This document shows, one piece after another, positions 30,092-43,818 of a DNA stretch of 64,000 nt. The notes under the pieces were generated by a model, which saw only the letters and a list, made by a program, of their open reading frames with translations, was not told the DNA's origin and ran no database searches. A program made the translations under genes and the position numbers. Each line of letters starts with the position of its first letter. Positions within the stretch are counted from its first letter, which is position 1. This DNA comes from Eledone cirrhosa (taxonomy: Eukaryota): assembly GCA_964016885.1 (NCBI GenBank), contig OZ024758.1, positions 8,804,001 through 8,868,000 on the forward strand. The letters run 5' to 3'.

Positions 30092-30125
<34 letters not shown>

Positions 30126-30795
30126 CATATATATATATATATTTATATATACATATATATATATATATTTATATATACATATATATATATATATATTTAT
30201 ATATACATATATATATATATATACATACATATATATATATATATACATACATATATATATATACATACATATATATATATACATACATATATATATACAT
30301 ATATATATATACATGAGTGTGTGTGTTGTGAGGTATGCTGTGTGTATATGCTATATGTGTGTATGTATGTGTGTGCGTATATATATATAAGGGGCTTCTT
30401 TTCTTTGTCTCCTTCGCCTTTTTTCTCTTCCTTCTGCCTTCTTTTCACCTTACATCATCCATTTTCTTCTTCATCTTTTTCTTCTTCTTCATCTTCTTCC
30501 AGTTTTTATTGACAGACGATCGATTTCCAAGATTCCACAGTAGTTGTTTATTTGATAAAAGGTTTTTCTCTTTCGCTTGTTTTTTTTTTGTTTTGTTTTT
30601 TCCTACCTCTTTTTCTTTATTTATTTATCTATTTCTTTCTTTCTTTCTTTGTCTTAGATTCTCTTCTGCTTGTTTAATCTCCCTTAATTTGCACTAATTC
30701 GTTTTACCTTGAATGGTTTTCCTTTCCGAACGGTTTCATTTTTCATCAGCAAACACATACGCGCACACATACATATACACACAGCATACCTCACA

Positions 30796-30827
<32 letters not shown>

Positions 30828-31190
30828 ACACACACTCACATTGACGCCAGCCACACATACCTACACCCATGTAACAACGTTTCTTGCCTTCCACCACCAC
30901 CACAATCTCTTCTCCCTCCCGCCCTCCCCTCTTTCTTATCTTCAGTGATAATCGGTATTACTCTTTAATTTTCTACTATTTCTCGTCCCTTCCTTGTCTT
31001 CTGTCCCCTTTTCTGTGTATATGTATACATATATATATTCGACGTACGTGTATAGCTGTGCGTGTGTATTGATATTTGAGGTAAATTTTATGTAAATATA
31101 ACTGCAATTAAAGGCCTTGCTGTGAAAAGAAAATGTAAAAACATTTTCCCCTATTCCCTCTATACACAGAAATACATAAAACATTATCGT

Positions 31191-31223
31191 TATGCGTTTC
31201 AGAGAGTGTTGTCGCTTCATCAA
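31191..31223 (-). ncRNA. Degenerate minimal hammerhead motif
   Basis: Minus strand TTGATGA-AGCGA-caacac-TCTCT-GAAA-CGCA-TA; one mismatch each in stem II and the stem III palindrome. Confidence 0.45.
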
Positions 31224-31603
31224 AATATAAATACCCCTGTGGTTGTGCCAACAGAGAGATCTTTATAGCAACATTACTTCTATCGAGTAGAGTTTAGAAC
31301 TTAACTGAAATGTCTAATTAGCATGACGTGCCTTCATTTCACAACGTACTTAAGTAATTAATAGCTATCTACGCGGAACACAGCGTATATTAGAAGATTC
31401 AACATAACTTTAATATAGATAAAGCTATAGTTTGTTTTGTGTTTTAATTATAAGCCTCGTTATGAAAAGAAGACAGTGTAAACGCACCTATTATCTCTTT
31501 TGTACACAAAACAACGTACGACATTATCGTCTCTTTATCAGAAGAGACTTCAAATTCAAACACTTGCTTTTGCACAGCGCCGCTTCTAATTCAAATACAT
31601 TAA

Positions 31604-31671
<68 letters not shown>

Positions 31672-31881
31672 GGGGGGGGGGGGAATAACACACAAAATAT
31701 ATTTAAGGATGTTTTTCTTTCTTTTTTTTTTTCCTTTCTTTGATTCGTCAAAGTGACATTATTGAAAAAATGAGGGACAATTCTTTTTAAAAAGAGTTTT
31801 ATAATATATATATAAAGTATAATCGATTTCGATGTATTAGTATAATTCATCTTATTAAATGTATTACAATTAAAAGGTATT

Positions 31882-32069
31882 AATTGTTTCTACTTTTGGC
31901 GCAAGGCCAGCAATTATCCCAGTGCATTACTGGTACTTTATTTTATCGACCCCGTAAGGATGAAAGGCAAAGTTAACCTCGGCGGGATTTGAACTCAGAC
32001 CATAAAGGGACATAACTATGCTGGAAAGCATGGCCTCCGACCCTCTACCGATACTGCCAATCCACCGCC
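31882..32069 (-). mobile_element. Meta-domain SINE, full length
   Basis: Matches the family from tail to ggcggtgg head. Confidence 0.92.
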
Positions 32070-32135
32070 TGTTAATTTTTAGTTTTTAATTCTTATTAAA
32101 AAGAATTAATAAGAATTAAAAACTAAAAATTAACA
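32070..32135. repeat. Perfect 30-bp-arm AT-rich hairpin, 6-nt loop
   Basis: tgttaatttttagtttttaattcttattaa and its exact reverse complement. Confidence 0.92.
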
Positions 32136-32415
32136 TTTAAAGTTAAGTGTTCAGGAAGTTTTTTTCATCTTCCTTGTTGAGAAGGAGACTGGAAAAAATA
32201 ACATACACATATATAATATGTAAGTTCTCGAGATGTGTCGGGGTTTAATCACAGTTAAAAAGGTACTCAAAACGTTGGTAAAGTGCAGGCATCTTTATTA
32301 TATATATATATAGAGAGAGAGAGAGGGGTGGGGGGGGGATAATTTCTACAGGAGAGAACTGTATAGAACTGTTTCAATCCATCAGAATAAAACAGTTCTA
32401 GTCATTTCTATATAA

Positions 32416-32539
<124 letters not shown>

Positions 32540-32549
32540 AAATACGTAT

Positions 32550-32820
32550 GGACGCACCGCAGTTGAACGGTTAAGAATTTCGTTTTGCAATCACAAAGTC
32601 CCGTGTTCGATCCGATTTGGTGGCATCTTGAAAAAGCGTCTTTTGAAGCAGTCATGCTAGTGCTGCGAAATCTTGTATCTTGATCAAAGCCTTGTTCGTG
32701 AGATTGGGAAGACAGACTCTGTGGAAGCCCATCAGATGGACAGTACCTGCAATCCAAATTCCCAGCCATGCTACACACTACGTTACGCTGATTCCCCCCT
32801 GGAAATTACATTCAGGGTAC
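32550..32820 (+). mobile_element. Diverged tRNA-derived SINE (second family)
   Basis: ggttaagaatttcgttttgcaatcacaaagtcccgtgttcgatcc: tRNA-like head with B box. Confidence 0.55.
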
Positions 32821-32822
32821 GT

Positions 32823-33022
32823 TCTAGGGTAGCTTGAAAAGATTATAGGCTGCCTATGAAGCAGTGATGCTAGAGCTGTGAAATCTTGCATACATTAATT
32901 TCAACTCATCCTATTAATAACTGCATTCTTTCTTTCCAGGGACTATGTTGAAAAATAAACCTCATTTGGTCATTCCATGAGGGTATCTTGGTCAGCCTAT
33001 GGTGTTTTCAGCCGACCTTCAT
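32823..33022. mobile_element. Mariner-type MITE copy
   Basis: Homologous to 27561-27768. Confidence 0.8.
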
Positions 33023-33405
33023 ACGGTAATTCAACAGAGACTTTTAGTTGAACAATTATATAATCATCATCTAAACCGACGGAGATCCATTTACTTTTAC
33101 TTTAAGTACATATATGTTTAAAGGGAGAATGAAAAACTGACTATGATGCCAATATTTTTTCTTCACTCGTATTTTTTAATCCTCTGGTTATTATTTATTT
33201 TAATCTATATACTGTCACCTTTACCCCCCCCCCCCCTCCTCGTCTGTGTGTGTGTGTATATATATATATATACATATATAAATATATATATAAATATATA
33301 TATACATATATACATATTGTATAAATATATACATATATATGCATATATGAGTGTATAAATATATATATATATATGCATATATATATATATATATATACAT
33401 ATATG

Positions 33406-33443
<38 letters not shown>

Positions 33444-33481
33444 TATATGCATATATATATATATATTTATACAATCATATA

Positions 33482-33513
<32 letters not shown>

Positions 33514-33577
33514 CATATATGATTGTATAAATATATATATATATATGCATATATGCATATATATATATATACAATCA

Positions 33578-33621
<44 letters not shown>

Positions 33622-33908
33622 TATATATATATATATATATATGCATATATATATATATATGCATATATATAGAGGGTGATAGGGAGAGTGAGTTTTGAGT
33701 TTGTGTGTATGTGTACGTGTGCGCGAGTGTGTGTATGTGTGCGTCTGTGTGTGTGTGTGAGTATGTGTATGTATGTATGTGTGTGTATGCGAGCGCGCGT
33801 GTGTATATATATATGTATATATGCATATATGATTGTATAAATATATACATGCATATATATATAGAGAGAGATAGGGAGAGTGTGTTTTGCGTTTGCGTGT
33901 GCATGTGT

Positions 33909-33961
<53 letters not shown>

Positions 33962-33974
33962 TGTGTGTGTGTGT

Positions 33975-34025
<51 letters not shown>

Positions 34026-35165
34026 TGTACGTGTGTGGTAATAACAGCCGTGATGCTACTGACGATGTGAGCGGTGGTAATATCAGCGGCAACCATTCTG
34101 AAGTTATGCATGTTCGGTTATTCCGTGTCAAAATTCTATTTCCATAGCGTTGTCTCTCCAAGCTGCCATTATTTCAACTATCGCTTGACAGATGACGTCT
34201 GGTTGCTGATGAACAAATGCCACCGATTCACTCTTCCCCGCTGACAAGGGAGATAATACATTTACACAAACAAAAGACTGACATTCACAAAAGAGTTCTA
34301 ATCGCTGTCCAAGTTGAATGCGAATTACCTCTATACGTCCATATTTCAACTGCCATTTTGTGGTTTTATTTTTATTTTTTAACCTTACGTTTCATTTTTC
34401 TTACATAATTTATGTCCTTTTATTTTGGTTTACCGATGCATTTTTTTTTTAACTCTTCGACAGCTAAAGACGATGAATATTGTCTTTAAAATAGAAATTT
34501 GGCTGGCCACGTATATCTAATACATTAGAGACAAATAAATGACCTTTCTTCGTAAACATGAACGTCATATAAAATACGACAGAAGACGCCTCCGAGGTAT
34601 CTTCGACTTTGGAGGAAAACGACAAAGTTGATCATAGCATGACTTCAACCAAAAATAGTGAGACACCAAAACAATTGAAGTAAAAATTGTTACAAACAGC
34701 AATTGAACTTTGATCGATGGAAACAATTGAACTTTGGTCGAACAACAAAGACAGTGATTTCTTCCGTGAATACTGTGCAGTCTTTCTCACTTATTTCCTT
34801 GTTTGTTGGGAGGGGGGGGGGTATGTCGTATACATCATAACTAAATGTTTGTACACCAAAACTAGGCTTTTCCAGACATTTTTCTGGTAAAAAGGGTGCG
34901 TGTTATACACGAATGCATGCAATAAACGGAAGAATGCGATAGTGGCAGTTGTTCCTTTCGTGGTTACTTTCTCGCAGATAATGTCCAAACAGAACTGAGT
35001 TGGTTCAGTAAAGTGTTCTTGCATCCAAGTCTACCCCAACTACCGACATTTACACATACTTCTCCAAACATTTACATGTTAAATGGCAAGGGGAAATGGG
35101 AGAAGGGACCTTATCTGTCCAAGAAGAACGAGTAATTCATGTTTGATTCCGACTTTCTACATCTT

Positions 35166-35320
35166 GAGTTCAAATCCCGCCGAAGTCAACTTGCCTTTCA
35201 TCCTTCCAGAGTCGATAAAATAAAGTACCAGTTAAGTACAAGGGTCGATAAGATCGATTTTCTCCTTCCCTCAAGTTGTTGGCCTTGAGCCAATAGTAGA
35301 AAGAATTATTATTATTATTG
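35166..35320 (+). mobile_element. Meta-domain SINE, 5'-truncated
   Basis: gagttcaaatcccgccgaag…gcctttcatcc…(ATT)n tail. Confidence 0.8.
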
Positions 35321-36042
35321 GTATTTGGAACATAAAAAAATTCTTCCATAAAATTATGATGGAAGGTTTTATTACGTTTAGACCCGTAATTTCGAAGGGA
35401 GTCGTAAGAGCGCCATATTGCCATACGGCGTTTCTAGGGTATTTTGAAACATGGAAGAACCCATCTCTTCTCTAGTTCTGAATACAGCAGATTTCTTCCA
35501 GAGAAGGATAAAGAGAAAGAGATATGGATGGAAAATCAACCCCCAGTACTAGACTGGTACTTTGAGTGGATGAAAGGCAAAGTTGACCAGAGAGTCGAAC
35601 AAACACCACAAAGCATTCTAGCCGTTGTTTTAACCATACTACCAATTCGCCATCTTTACTATAAGAACACTTTAAAACAAGAAGCTTTGGATATAAAAAA
35701 AGAAAGAGGGGCGGTTTCAGGCAAGTTGGTATTTAAAGGGTTCAATAATATATTACATGTGTTTCATTCAAGATCTTGTGACAAACTTTCACCCTTTATG
35801 CTGGAACTTGTAGAATTATTCCAAACTACATTTTGTTAAACGTAGCATCTTTCTCAACGTTTCATATGATTTAACAAAACTGAATGAAGAACGATACTGC
35901 GTTTGTTTGTTTATTTATTTATTTATTTGTATTTTAAGAAGTTAACGTGAAATGGTTCAATATGAGCAAAGATACGTGGAATTATGAAATCTGAAATTTT
36001 AGAAAATGAAACATTGGAAGAATATAGGGGGCGGTAGGTACT

Positions 36043-36490
36043 GGTGGTGGTGGTGGTGGTGGTGGTAGTGTTGGTGAAGGTGGTGGTGGTGTTGGTGATG
36101 GTGGTAGTGTTGGCGACGCTGGTAATAGTGGTAATGGAAGTGGTGGTGGTAATGGTGGTAGTGGTTGTATTGGCGATAGTGGTAACGGTGATGGTAGTGG
36201 TGGTGGTGTTAGTAATGTTGTCGATGGTTGTGGTGGTGGTGGTGGTGGTGGTGGTGGTGGTGGTGGTGGTGGTGGTGGTGGTGGTGGTGTTGGCGATGGT
36301 GGTGGTGATGATGGTAATGGTAGTGGTGGTGGTAGTTTTGGTGGTGGTGGTAGTTGTGGTGGTGGTGGTGGTTGTGGTGGTGGTGGTGGTAGTTGTGGTG
36401 GTGGTGGTGGTAGTTGTGGTGGTGGTGGTGTTAGTACTGTTGGCGATGGTGATGATGGTAGTTGTGGTGGTAACAGTAGTGGTGATGGTT
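36043..36490. repeat. (GTG)n tract
   Basis: Direct reading. Confidence 0.95.
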
Positions 36491-36719
36491 GGAGATGAAC
36501 AGGGAATATCGAGGTGAGGCAGAGAAGTTGGAAAAGATAAGTGGATAAAGTTTCTGAGAAAGAAAAAGTAAAGGCAGGAGATAAGAGAGTTTGCCGCCAC
36601 CTGTGACTGGATAGAGGAGAATATCTTGATACGAGAATTGTGACGAGAATTGGAGGAGATAAACGAAACTGGTAACAGGTGCTGAACTGGGAGAGTAGGA
36701 TGTTGTCCTGTGTTAGACA

Positions 36720-37127
36720 AGGTGGTGTGGTGTAGTGTGGTGTGGTGTTGTGTAGTGTGTGTGGTGGGCTGGGCGGAGTGTCATGTGGTGTGTAGTGTAG
36801 TGTAGTGTAGTGTGGTGTGGTGTAGTGTGGTGTGATGTGGTGTGGTGTGGTGTAGTTTGGTGTAGTGTGGTGTGGTGTGGTGTGGTGTGGTGTGGTGTGG
36901 TGTGAGGTGGTGGTGTAGTGTAGTGTCGTATAGTCACCACACCACACCACACCACACCACATCACACCACACTACACCACACCACACCACACTACACTAC
37001 ACCACACCACACCACACTACACTACACACCACACCACACTACACCACACTACACCACACCACACCACACTACACCACACCACACCACACTATACCACACT
37101 ACACCACACCACACTACACCACACCAC
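36720..37127. repeat. (GTGTG/GTGTA)n immediately followed by its complement (CACAC/TACAC)n
   Basis: Strand switch at ~36930. Confidence 0.9.
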
Positions 37128-38334
37128 AGTTGATGGCAGTTAATGTTATTTGGCTTTTCGTCGTTTTTTATGCTGTTATTGTTCTTGTAGATGTTGGTGC
37201 TGGTGTTCGCTTTGATGTTGTTGTTGTTGGCGGTGTTCCTTGATCGTTTTGACTGAGTGGTGGTGATGGCAGTTAATGTTGTAAATATGCACACACACAC
37301 ACACACACACACATGGTGGCTGCCAACTCGTTTTCGAGTACGGCCACTACTTTATATCCATGTAGGAGAACCCCTACCGATGCGTTGAACGAGTGTGACT
37401 TTTTAGTCCAGCCAGCGACTTGAAAACTCTGGTACAAACACTACACCTGTGACAATTATTGACACATAGTGCTGGGCCCATGGTACCATGTGACGACAAG
37501 TGCAGAGAGATCTCCAGATATAAAGCAATGCCTGTGCCGTGAAGTTTTTATAGTGAGCAAAGGCACTGCACAAAGCCAGTCCCACTCTCTTAACCAAGAT
37601 GATATTTACCAAAAAGAAGAACAAGTCAACATCATTGGATACCATCAGAGTTGCAGGTGTTATATCAGAGTTTAACTTCTAGAATTCTGCCTATACATAC
37701 ATACATACATACATACATAATACATACATACATACATACATACATACATACATACATACATACATACATACATACATACATACATACATACATACATACA
37801 TACATACATACATACATACATACATACATACATTCCAATGAGAGAGTCTTATATCTATGTTAGAAACCGACTCTATTGGTAGAACTTTGTGAAATTATAT
37901 AAACCAGAAGAACATACACACATACATACATACATACATAAAATCTACTTTCATAGCACGCACATATACACATATATGTGTATGTGTGTGTGTGTGTGTG
38001 TGTAGCTACATGTGCATGTGTGTGTGTGTGTGTGTGTGTGTGTAACTAACTGTGTGTGCATATATTTTGTGTACACACACATTTATGCATAAGTATATAT
38101 AGGTAGGTTTGAATACAGATAGATACATACGTAGGTAGATAGATAGACAGACAAATAGATAGACGAGCGCCAACCTCGTTTCTAACACGGTCTAAATCTT
38201 CAATTGTCTGTTGAGCAGATTTAGGGGCCTAAAATTGTTTCTAATAATCCCCTTTATTCTCATCTTTCCTGATCATCTTTTTTACAGGATTGGATATTCT
38301 TCTGTTCTGCTGCCAGTTGCAGTTGCTTCGAGGA

Positions 38335-38420
38335 CGTCGGAGATCAAGTCATGGGGCAGACCATCCAAACCAGGTGATTTGCGTCGCCCACAGTTGCCTA
38401 GGGCGTCTTGTACTTCATGG
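38335..38420 (-). mobile_element. LINE (L1/Tx1-like) RT N-terminal fragment
   Basis: EVQDALGNCGRRKSPGLDGLP matches the KSPGxDG motif. Confidence 0.65.
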
Positions 38421-38647
38421 TGGTGGTGTTGGTAGTGGTGGTGGTGGTAGTGGTAGTGGTGGTGGTGCTGCTCTTGGTAGTGGGGTTGATATTTAGTTTT
38501 TCCTGTGCTGTTTTGTTTTGTTTTTTTTTCTTGGCGGGTGGCGGGGTTTTTTGATTCTTGGGGTTCCTCTTGGGGTTCCTCTTTCATCCTCATATCTGAG
38601 GCATAATTTAAAGGGTCGATGGGAGGAGTATGTTGTATGGTGGAGTG

Positions 38648-38822
38648 TTTGTGTGGATGTTTGTGGGAGTGTTTGACCGGGAGAGGGGACAAGGGAGGGA
38701 GAGTTTTTCAGAGGATCTTTGTGGGAGTGTTTGACCGGGGGAGGGGACAACGGAGAGTTTTTCAGAGGATGTTTGTGGGAGTGTTTGACCGGGGGAGGGG
38801 ACAACGGAGAGTTTTTCAGATT
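38648..38822. repeat. ~54-bp tandem repeat x3
   Basis: gtttgtgggagtgtttgaccgggggaggggacaacggagagtttttcagaggat. Confidence 0.85.
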
Positions 38823-39955
38823 GTTATCTCTGGGAGGGTTACAGTTTGTGGTCATGGTGGTGGTGGTGGTGGTGGTGGTGTCGTTCGGGTCTGGGTGTTG
38901 GCAGAAGCACCTTGTTTGCTTGTTTGTTTGTTTATTTATTTGTTTCTTTATTAAGCCTGGACCTTTTCTCTGCTATTATAATTGAAATGTCACCCTCTTT
39001 CAGGGTGATTACTGGTAGGGATCTTCTGTTTTCTCTGGTTACGTTTGAACCAGGATTACGAGAGATATTCCCGACCAGTTGTTCCTACTGGTTCGTTTTA
39101 CAGAAAGGAGGATCTCTTCGTCCTCCTTTAAAATACTGGACAGGAACCACCAGATGTTCACATCTGGCCGGATTCCTGTTATTTTTTTATCTTGTGTGTT
39201 CTTTTCCCCATGTGTCTAGGGAAACGGACATGTTGTTCTGTTTTTATGGGTGCAACCGAGTGTTTCTGTGCGAGAACCTCGCTTTTGAAACGGACCAAGA
39301 TACTCTTATATTGTTTCCCTCTTTCTAAATATTCCACATGTGGCATTATGTCTTTCAATGTGGTCTACCACATGTGGTGCAAGTATGACTTTTTTTTTTT
39401 TATTGTGTTGATATGGTTCTGTATGTTAGTCTTGTGCTGGGTTGCAGCGTCTGTTGTGAGATGATAATGGGTTTGTCTGCATTATAAGTTATGTATTTAA
39501 CCGCATGGGCAAAGAATTCTTTCTTATTTGAAATGTCTATGTCAAAATATTTGGGTTGCTTGGCCACAGTTGTCGCAAAGGAATTCTTGACATGGATATT
39601 ACTGTTGTTTTTGTTGTTATTGTCACTGATGCTGGAGTTGGCTTCCTCTTGTTAATGGTAGAGGTAGTTGATACAGCTGGCTGCTGGGGCTCGAATACCT
39701 TCTTTCACCGAAGATACGGGGTCGTTGTTATTGTCACTGTTGCTGTCATTGCCTTCCTCTTGTTAATAGTAGTGACAATTGTCGATGCTACCTATTTCGG
39801 CTGTCAAGCTGGCTGCTGTATCAGCTTCTGTGAGTGAAGCTCCAATGGCCTTCTTTGACCGAAGATGTGGTGTCAATGGCTTTCGGCATCATTTGGCAGC
39901 ACAACACCATATAAATATTCTCTCTTTCTTCTCTCTTTCCGATCCGATTCAAATA

Positions 39956-40000
<45 letters not shown>

Positions 40001-40104
40001 ATATATTATATATATATATATATATATTCGTAGTGTGTGTTGCTGCCGACTCTAGCAGAGCTCCAAGAAAACACGTCTACACAGGGCAGTAACAGACTTC
40101 CTTC

Positions 40105-40760
40105 AGATGGTGGTGGCGACAGTGACAGCGTTTCCTCACCGTTTAAAGATGGTGGCGGCGACAGTGACGGCGTTCCCTTACCATTTAAAAATGGTGGTGG
40201 CGACAGTACCGTTTAAAGATGGTGGCGGCGACAGTGACGGCGTTCCCTTACCATTTAAAAATGGTGGTGGCGACAGTACCGTTTAAAGATGGTGGCGGCG
40301 ACAGTGACGGCGTTCCCTTACCATTTAAAAATGGTGGTGGCGACAGTACCGTTTAAAGATGGTGGCGGCGACAGTACCGTTTAAAGATGGTGGCGGCGAC
40401 AGTACCGTTTAAAGATGGTGGCGGCGACAGTGACAGCGTTCCCTTACCGTTTAAAGATGGTGGCGGCGACAGTAACGGCGTTCCCTTACCATTTAAAAAT
40501 GGTGGTGGCGACAATACCGTTTAAAGATGGTGGCGGCGACAGTACCGTTTAAAGATGGTGGCGGCGACAGTACCGTTTAAAGATGGTGGCGGCGACAGTG
40601 ACAGCGTTCCCTTACCGTTTAAAAATGGTGGTGGCGACAGTACCGTTTAAAGATGGTGGCGGCGACAGTGACGGCGTTCCCTTACCGTTTAAAGATGGTG
40701 GCGGCGACAGTGCCGTTTAAAGATGGTGGCGGCGACAGTGCCGTTTAAAGATGGTGGTGG
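40105..40760. repeat. 28-bp / ~43-bp mixed-unit minisatellite
   Basis: ccgtttaaagatggtggcggcgacagta, with or without a gacggcgttccctt insert. Confidence 0.95.
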
Positions 40761-41109
40761 GGAGAGCGTCTCTACTTCCGAAATTGTTTTTATTGTTTGG
40801 GGTTTTTTTTTCGTTTTTGTTTTTAAAATAGTTATTGAAATTTTGAAATATTTGGACACTTTTTCACCCAAAAGGGGTGAAAATATTCAAAGGCAAACCC
40901 GACAATCTAGTTAGTCTTTGAACAGTGCAATATAAGTTTGGATTCTTAAATTTTTCAAAGAAATTAAACAAAACTCAACAACCGAGTTGAATACGCGTCC
41001 ATTCGATAGATATATAGACAAACAGACAGATAGATATCTTTCTGGGACATTACAAGACGTGACGGCGGGGGTTTTACATATAAATGATATAACTTTAACA
41101 TTAATAAAT

Positions 41110-41280
41110 AACTGTTTCTACTTTATGCACAAGGTCAGCAATTACCCAGTGCATTACTGGTACTTTATTTTATCGACCCCGTAAGGATGAAAGGCAAAGT
41201 CAACCTCGGCGGGATTTGAACTCAGATCGTAAAGGGACGTAACTATGCTGGAAAGCATGGCGTCCGACCCTCTATCGACA
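41110..41280 (-). mobile_element. Meta-domain SINE
   Basis: Matches the family. Confidence 0.9.
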
Positions 41281-41339
41281 TTCTACCGACCATCTACCGA
41301 CATTAATAAATAACAATAAACTATATATAATAAAATAAC

Positions 41340-42048
41340 AATTGAAATCCCCAGTAGGGGAGGACGTTACTGCAGGGTTGTTTTATACCCCGTGGATAGA
41401 ACAACCCTCAACACCAGGAACACGTTTTGTAGGTGTTCCTGTCTTCCCTCTGTTTATCTTCCTCAACCTACAGGTTTATATACAGAGAAGGCCCATTCAC
41501 CCCGGGCCATTTTCGTCACATTCACCCACCTTTCAGCGAATTTACTGGGGTGTAGCACCTCTCTCTCCACTCTCACCTTCCTTCTGAAGTGGTACTTAAA
41601 GAAAGGGATGAGTTGTTGTCCGGAGAGAAACAGATAGATAGATAGATTTCTTTATTAGCCACAAGGGCGCACAAGAAAAGGGGACAAAACAAATAGATAG
41701 AAAGACAGACAGACAGACAGACAGATAGATAGATAGATATGTTTTTTTATTAGCCACAGGGGCAAGGGACAAATACAAAGGGGTAAGCTTACATACAATA
41801 AAAACGTGTAAAATATTATCACAAATGCAATTTAAAACTTAATCGATTTTCCCCAATAGGGGGAGACATTTCATATGGGTAACACATACCCCCGAAAAAA
41901 TGTGCAACCCTCATCTCCAGGAGTACGAAGAGTTTGTACTCCTTTCCTCTCCTCCTCTTTTTCCTCAACCTACAGGCTGATATATAGAGAGAAGGCCCTA
42001 CCACTCGGGCCATTCTCGCCACTTTCACCCACCTTTCATAAAACTTGC

Positions 42049-42050
<2 letters not shown>
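41340..42050 (-). mobile_element. Two diverged copies of a probable LINE 3' end
   Basis: 41455-41545 is similar to 41960-42045 (cctcaacctacagg…ttcacccacctttca); class is inferred. Confidence 0.4.
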
Positions 42051-42115
<65 letters not shown>

Positions 42116-42440
42116 AACAACGAGGCAGTAAATTATGGTCTTTTTATATTTTCATCGTTTTATCTATTTTATTTTTTATGTCAGTTCTATACGATGGAAT
42201 ATATACTTTTTGTCTAATTTAGTTGAAAAACGTTTATTACGTTATTTTCTTTTGAATTGCTTGAGTTGAGAAAACTATAATAAATGTTTGCATGTATGTC
42301 CCATGGAGTTTCTGCTATGTACGCTATAAATAACCTTTTCTTTTAATCTTTTCTTTTAGGACGCTATAAATAATACAAACTGGAAAAGTATTATTTAACA
42401 CAGTATCGACTTTGTATATATGCCATACCCACGTACATAA

Positions 42441-42492
<52 letters not shown>

Positions 42493-42670
42493 GTGTGTGC
42501 TCGTGCATGTGTGTGTGTATGTGTGCGCATATATTTAAATGCATACACACACTCACACATATATGTGAATGAGTGTGCGTGTGTATGCATACACCATATA
42601 TGCACAAGCATACACGCAAACACAGCACACACACATACGCAAACATACACACACACACACACACACACAT

Positions 42671-42744
<74 letters not shown>

Positions 42745-42837
42745 ATAATAATAAATTTGAAGACTAAAATCCAAAGAGGGCTCGATAAGGATAAATATAT
42801 ATCAAATATATAAGAACCGTAGAGCAAATATTTATTA

Positions 42838-42915
42838 AAATAACAGATTAAAGTTTAAGCAAAGAATCGCTGCTTTCACCCTTAACGGGATCATCTTTGC
42901 TTAAACTTTAATCTG

Positions 42916-42921
<6 letters not shown>
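42838..42921. repeat. Perfect 28-bp-arm inverted repeat enclosing a truncated hammerhead-like core
   Basis: Arms aaataacagattaaagtttaagcaaaga; minus-strand loop region GATGA-TCCC-gttaa-GGG-T-GAAA-GC. Confidence 0.9.
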
Positions 42922-42975
<54 letters not shown>

Positions 42976-43074
42976 AGAAGTTATATTTAATTTGTATATG
43001 AAATATGTATATTAAATTTGTATATGAAATATGTAAAATGAAATAAATATGGTTTTATAAATATAGTTTATATT

Positions 43075-43133
<59 letters not shown>

Positions 43134-43265
43134 CAAAAGCGAAAACCAACCAAACAGTCAGTGCTTTTCTGTTATTAATTCTGCCAATATTATTACAACA
43201 ATATGACCCTCCCCAAGTATAACACAATATTTGTTTCGTCACACGATTTCTTATCAAAAACCTCG

Positions 43266-43309
<44 letters not shown>

Positions 43310-43465
43310 AGAAGCAAAAAATTGCTTATTGTGATCCAGTTTTTGGTTAAGAAAGCCAGTTTCATGGATGGTTTCAACGTACGGTTAGGGGTAACTCCAC
43401 AAGTTTGTAAGAAATCCGTTCAATCTTGAGTATAAAGTATAAAAGTTTTTTATAAAGTATAAAGT

Positions 43466-43525
<60 letters not shown>

Positions 43526-43534
43526 GTGTGTGTG

Positions 43535-43584
<50 letters not shown>

Positions 43585-43818
43585 GCTAGATAGATATGTA
43601 TGTATGTATATGCCCAACATGGAAGCGGTGTCAGGTTCAATTGTGAGTTGTGTTAGATAAATCAGCAAGACTGTGGTATGTTTGGCAGTAGAAGCAGACT
43701 TGGAAGAACACAAGAAACAATGTCGCTGATGCCACACACTGTTGCTTTATGATACACTTTGACGGGCAAATTCAATTAAAACTGCGGTACTCTAAAATAA
43801 TTAAAAGATACCCTCCGA

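Noticed and set aside
34148-34245. Possible exon after tttccatag
   Set aside because: Two frames checked end in stops, there is no good donor, and no recognisable peptide.
35923-36965. Mucin-like poly-Thr/Pro ORFs
   Set aside because: (GTG)n and pentamer satellites.
38950-39550. LINE ORF1 remnant upstream of the KSPGLDG fragment
   Set aside because: Plausible from position and strand, but no diagnostic motif could be read.
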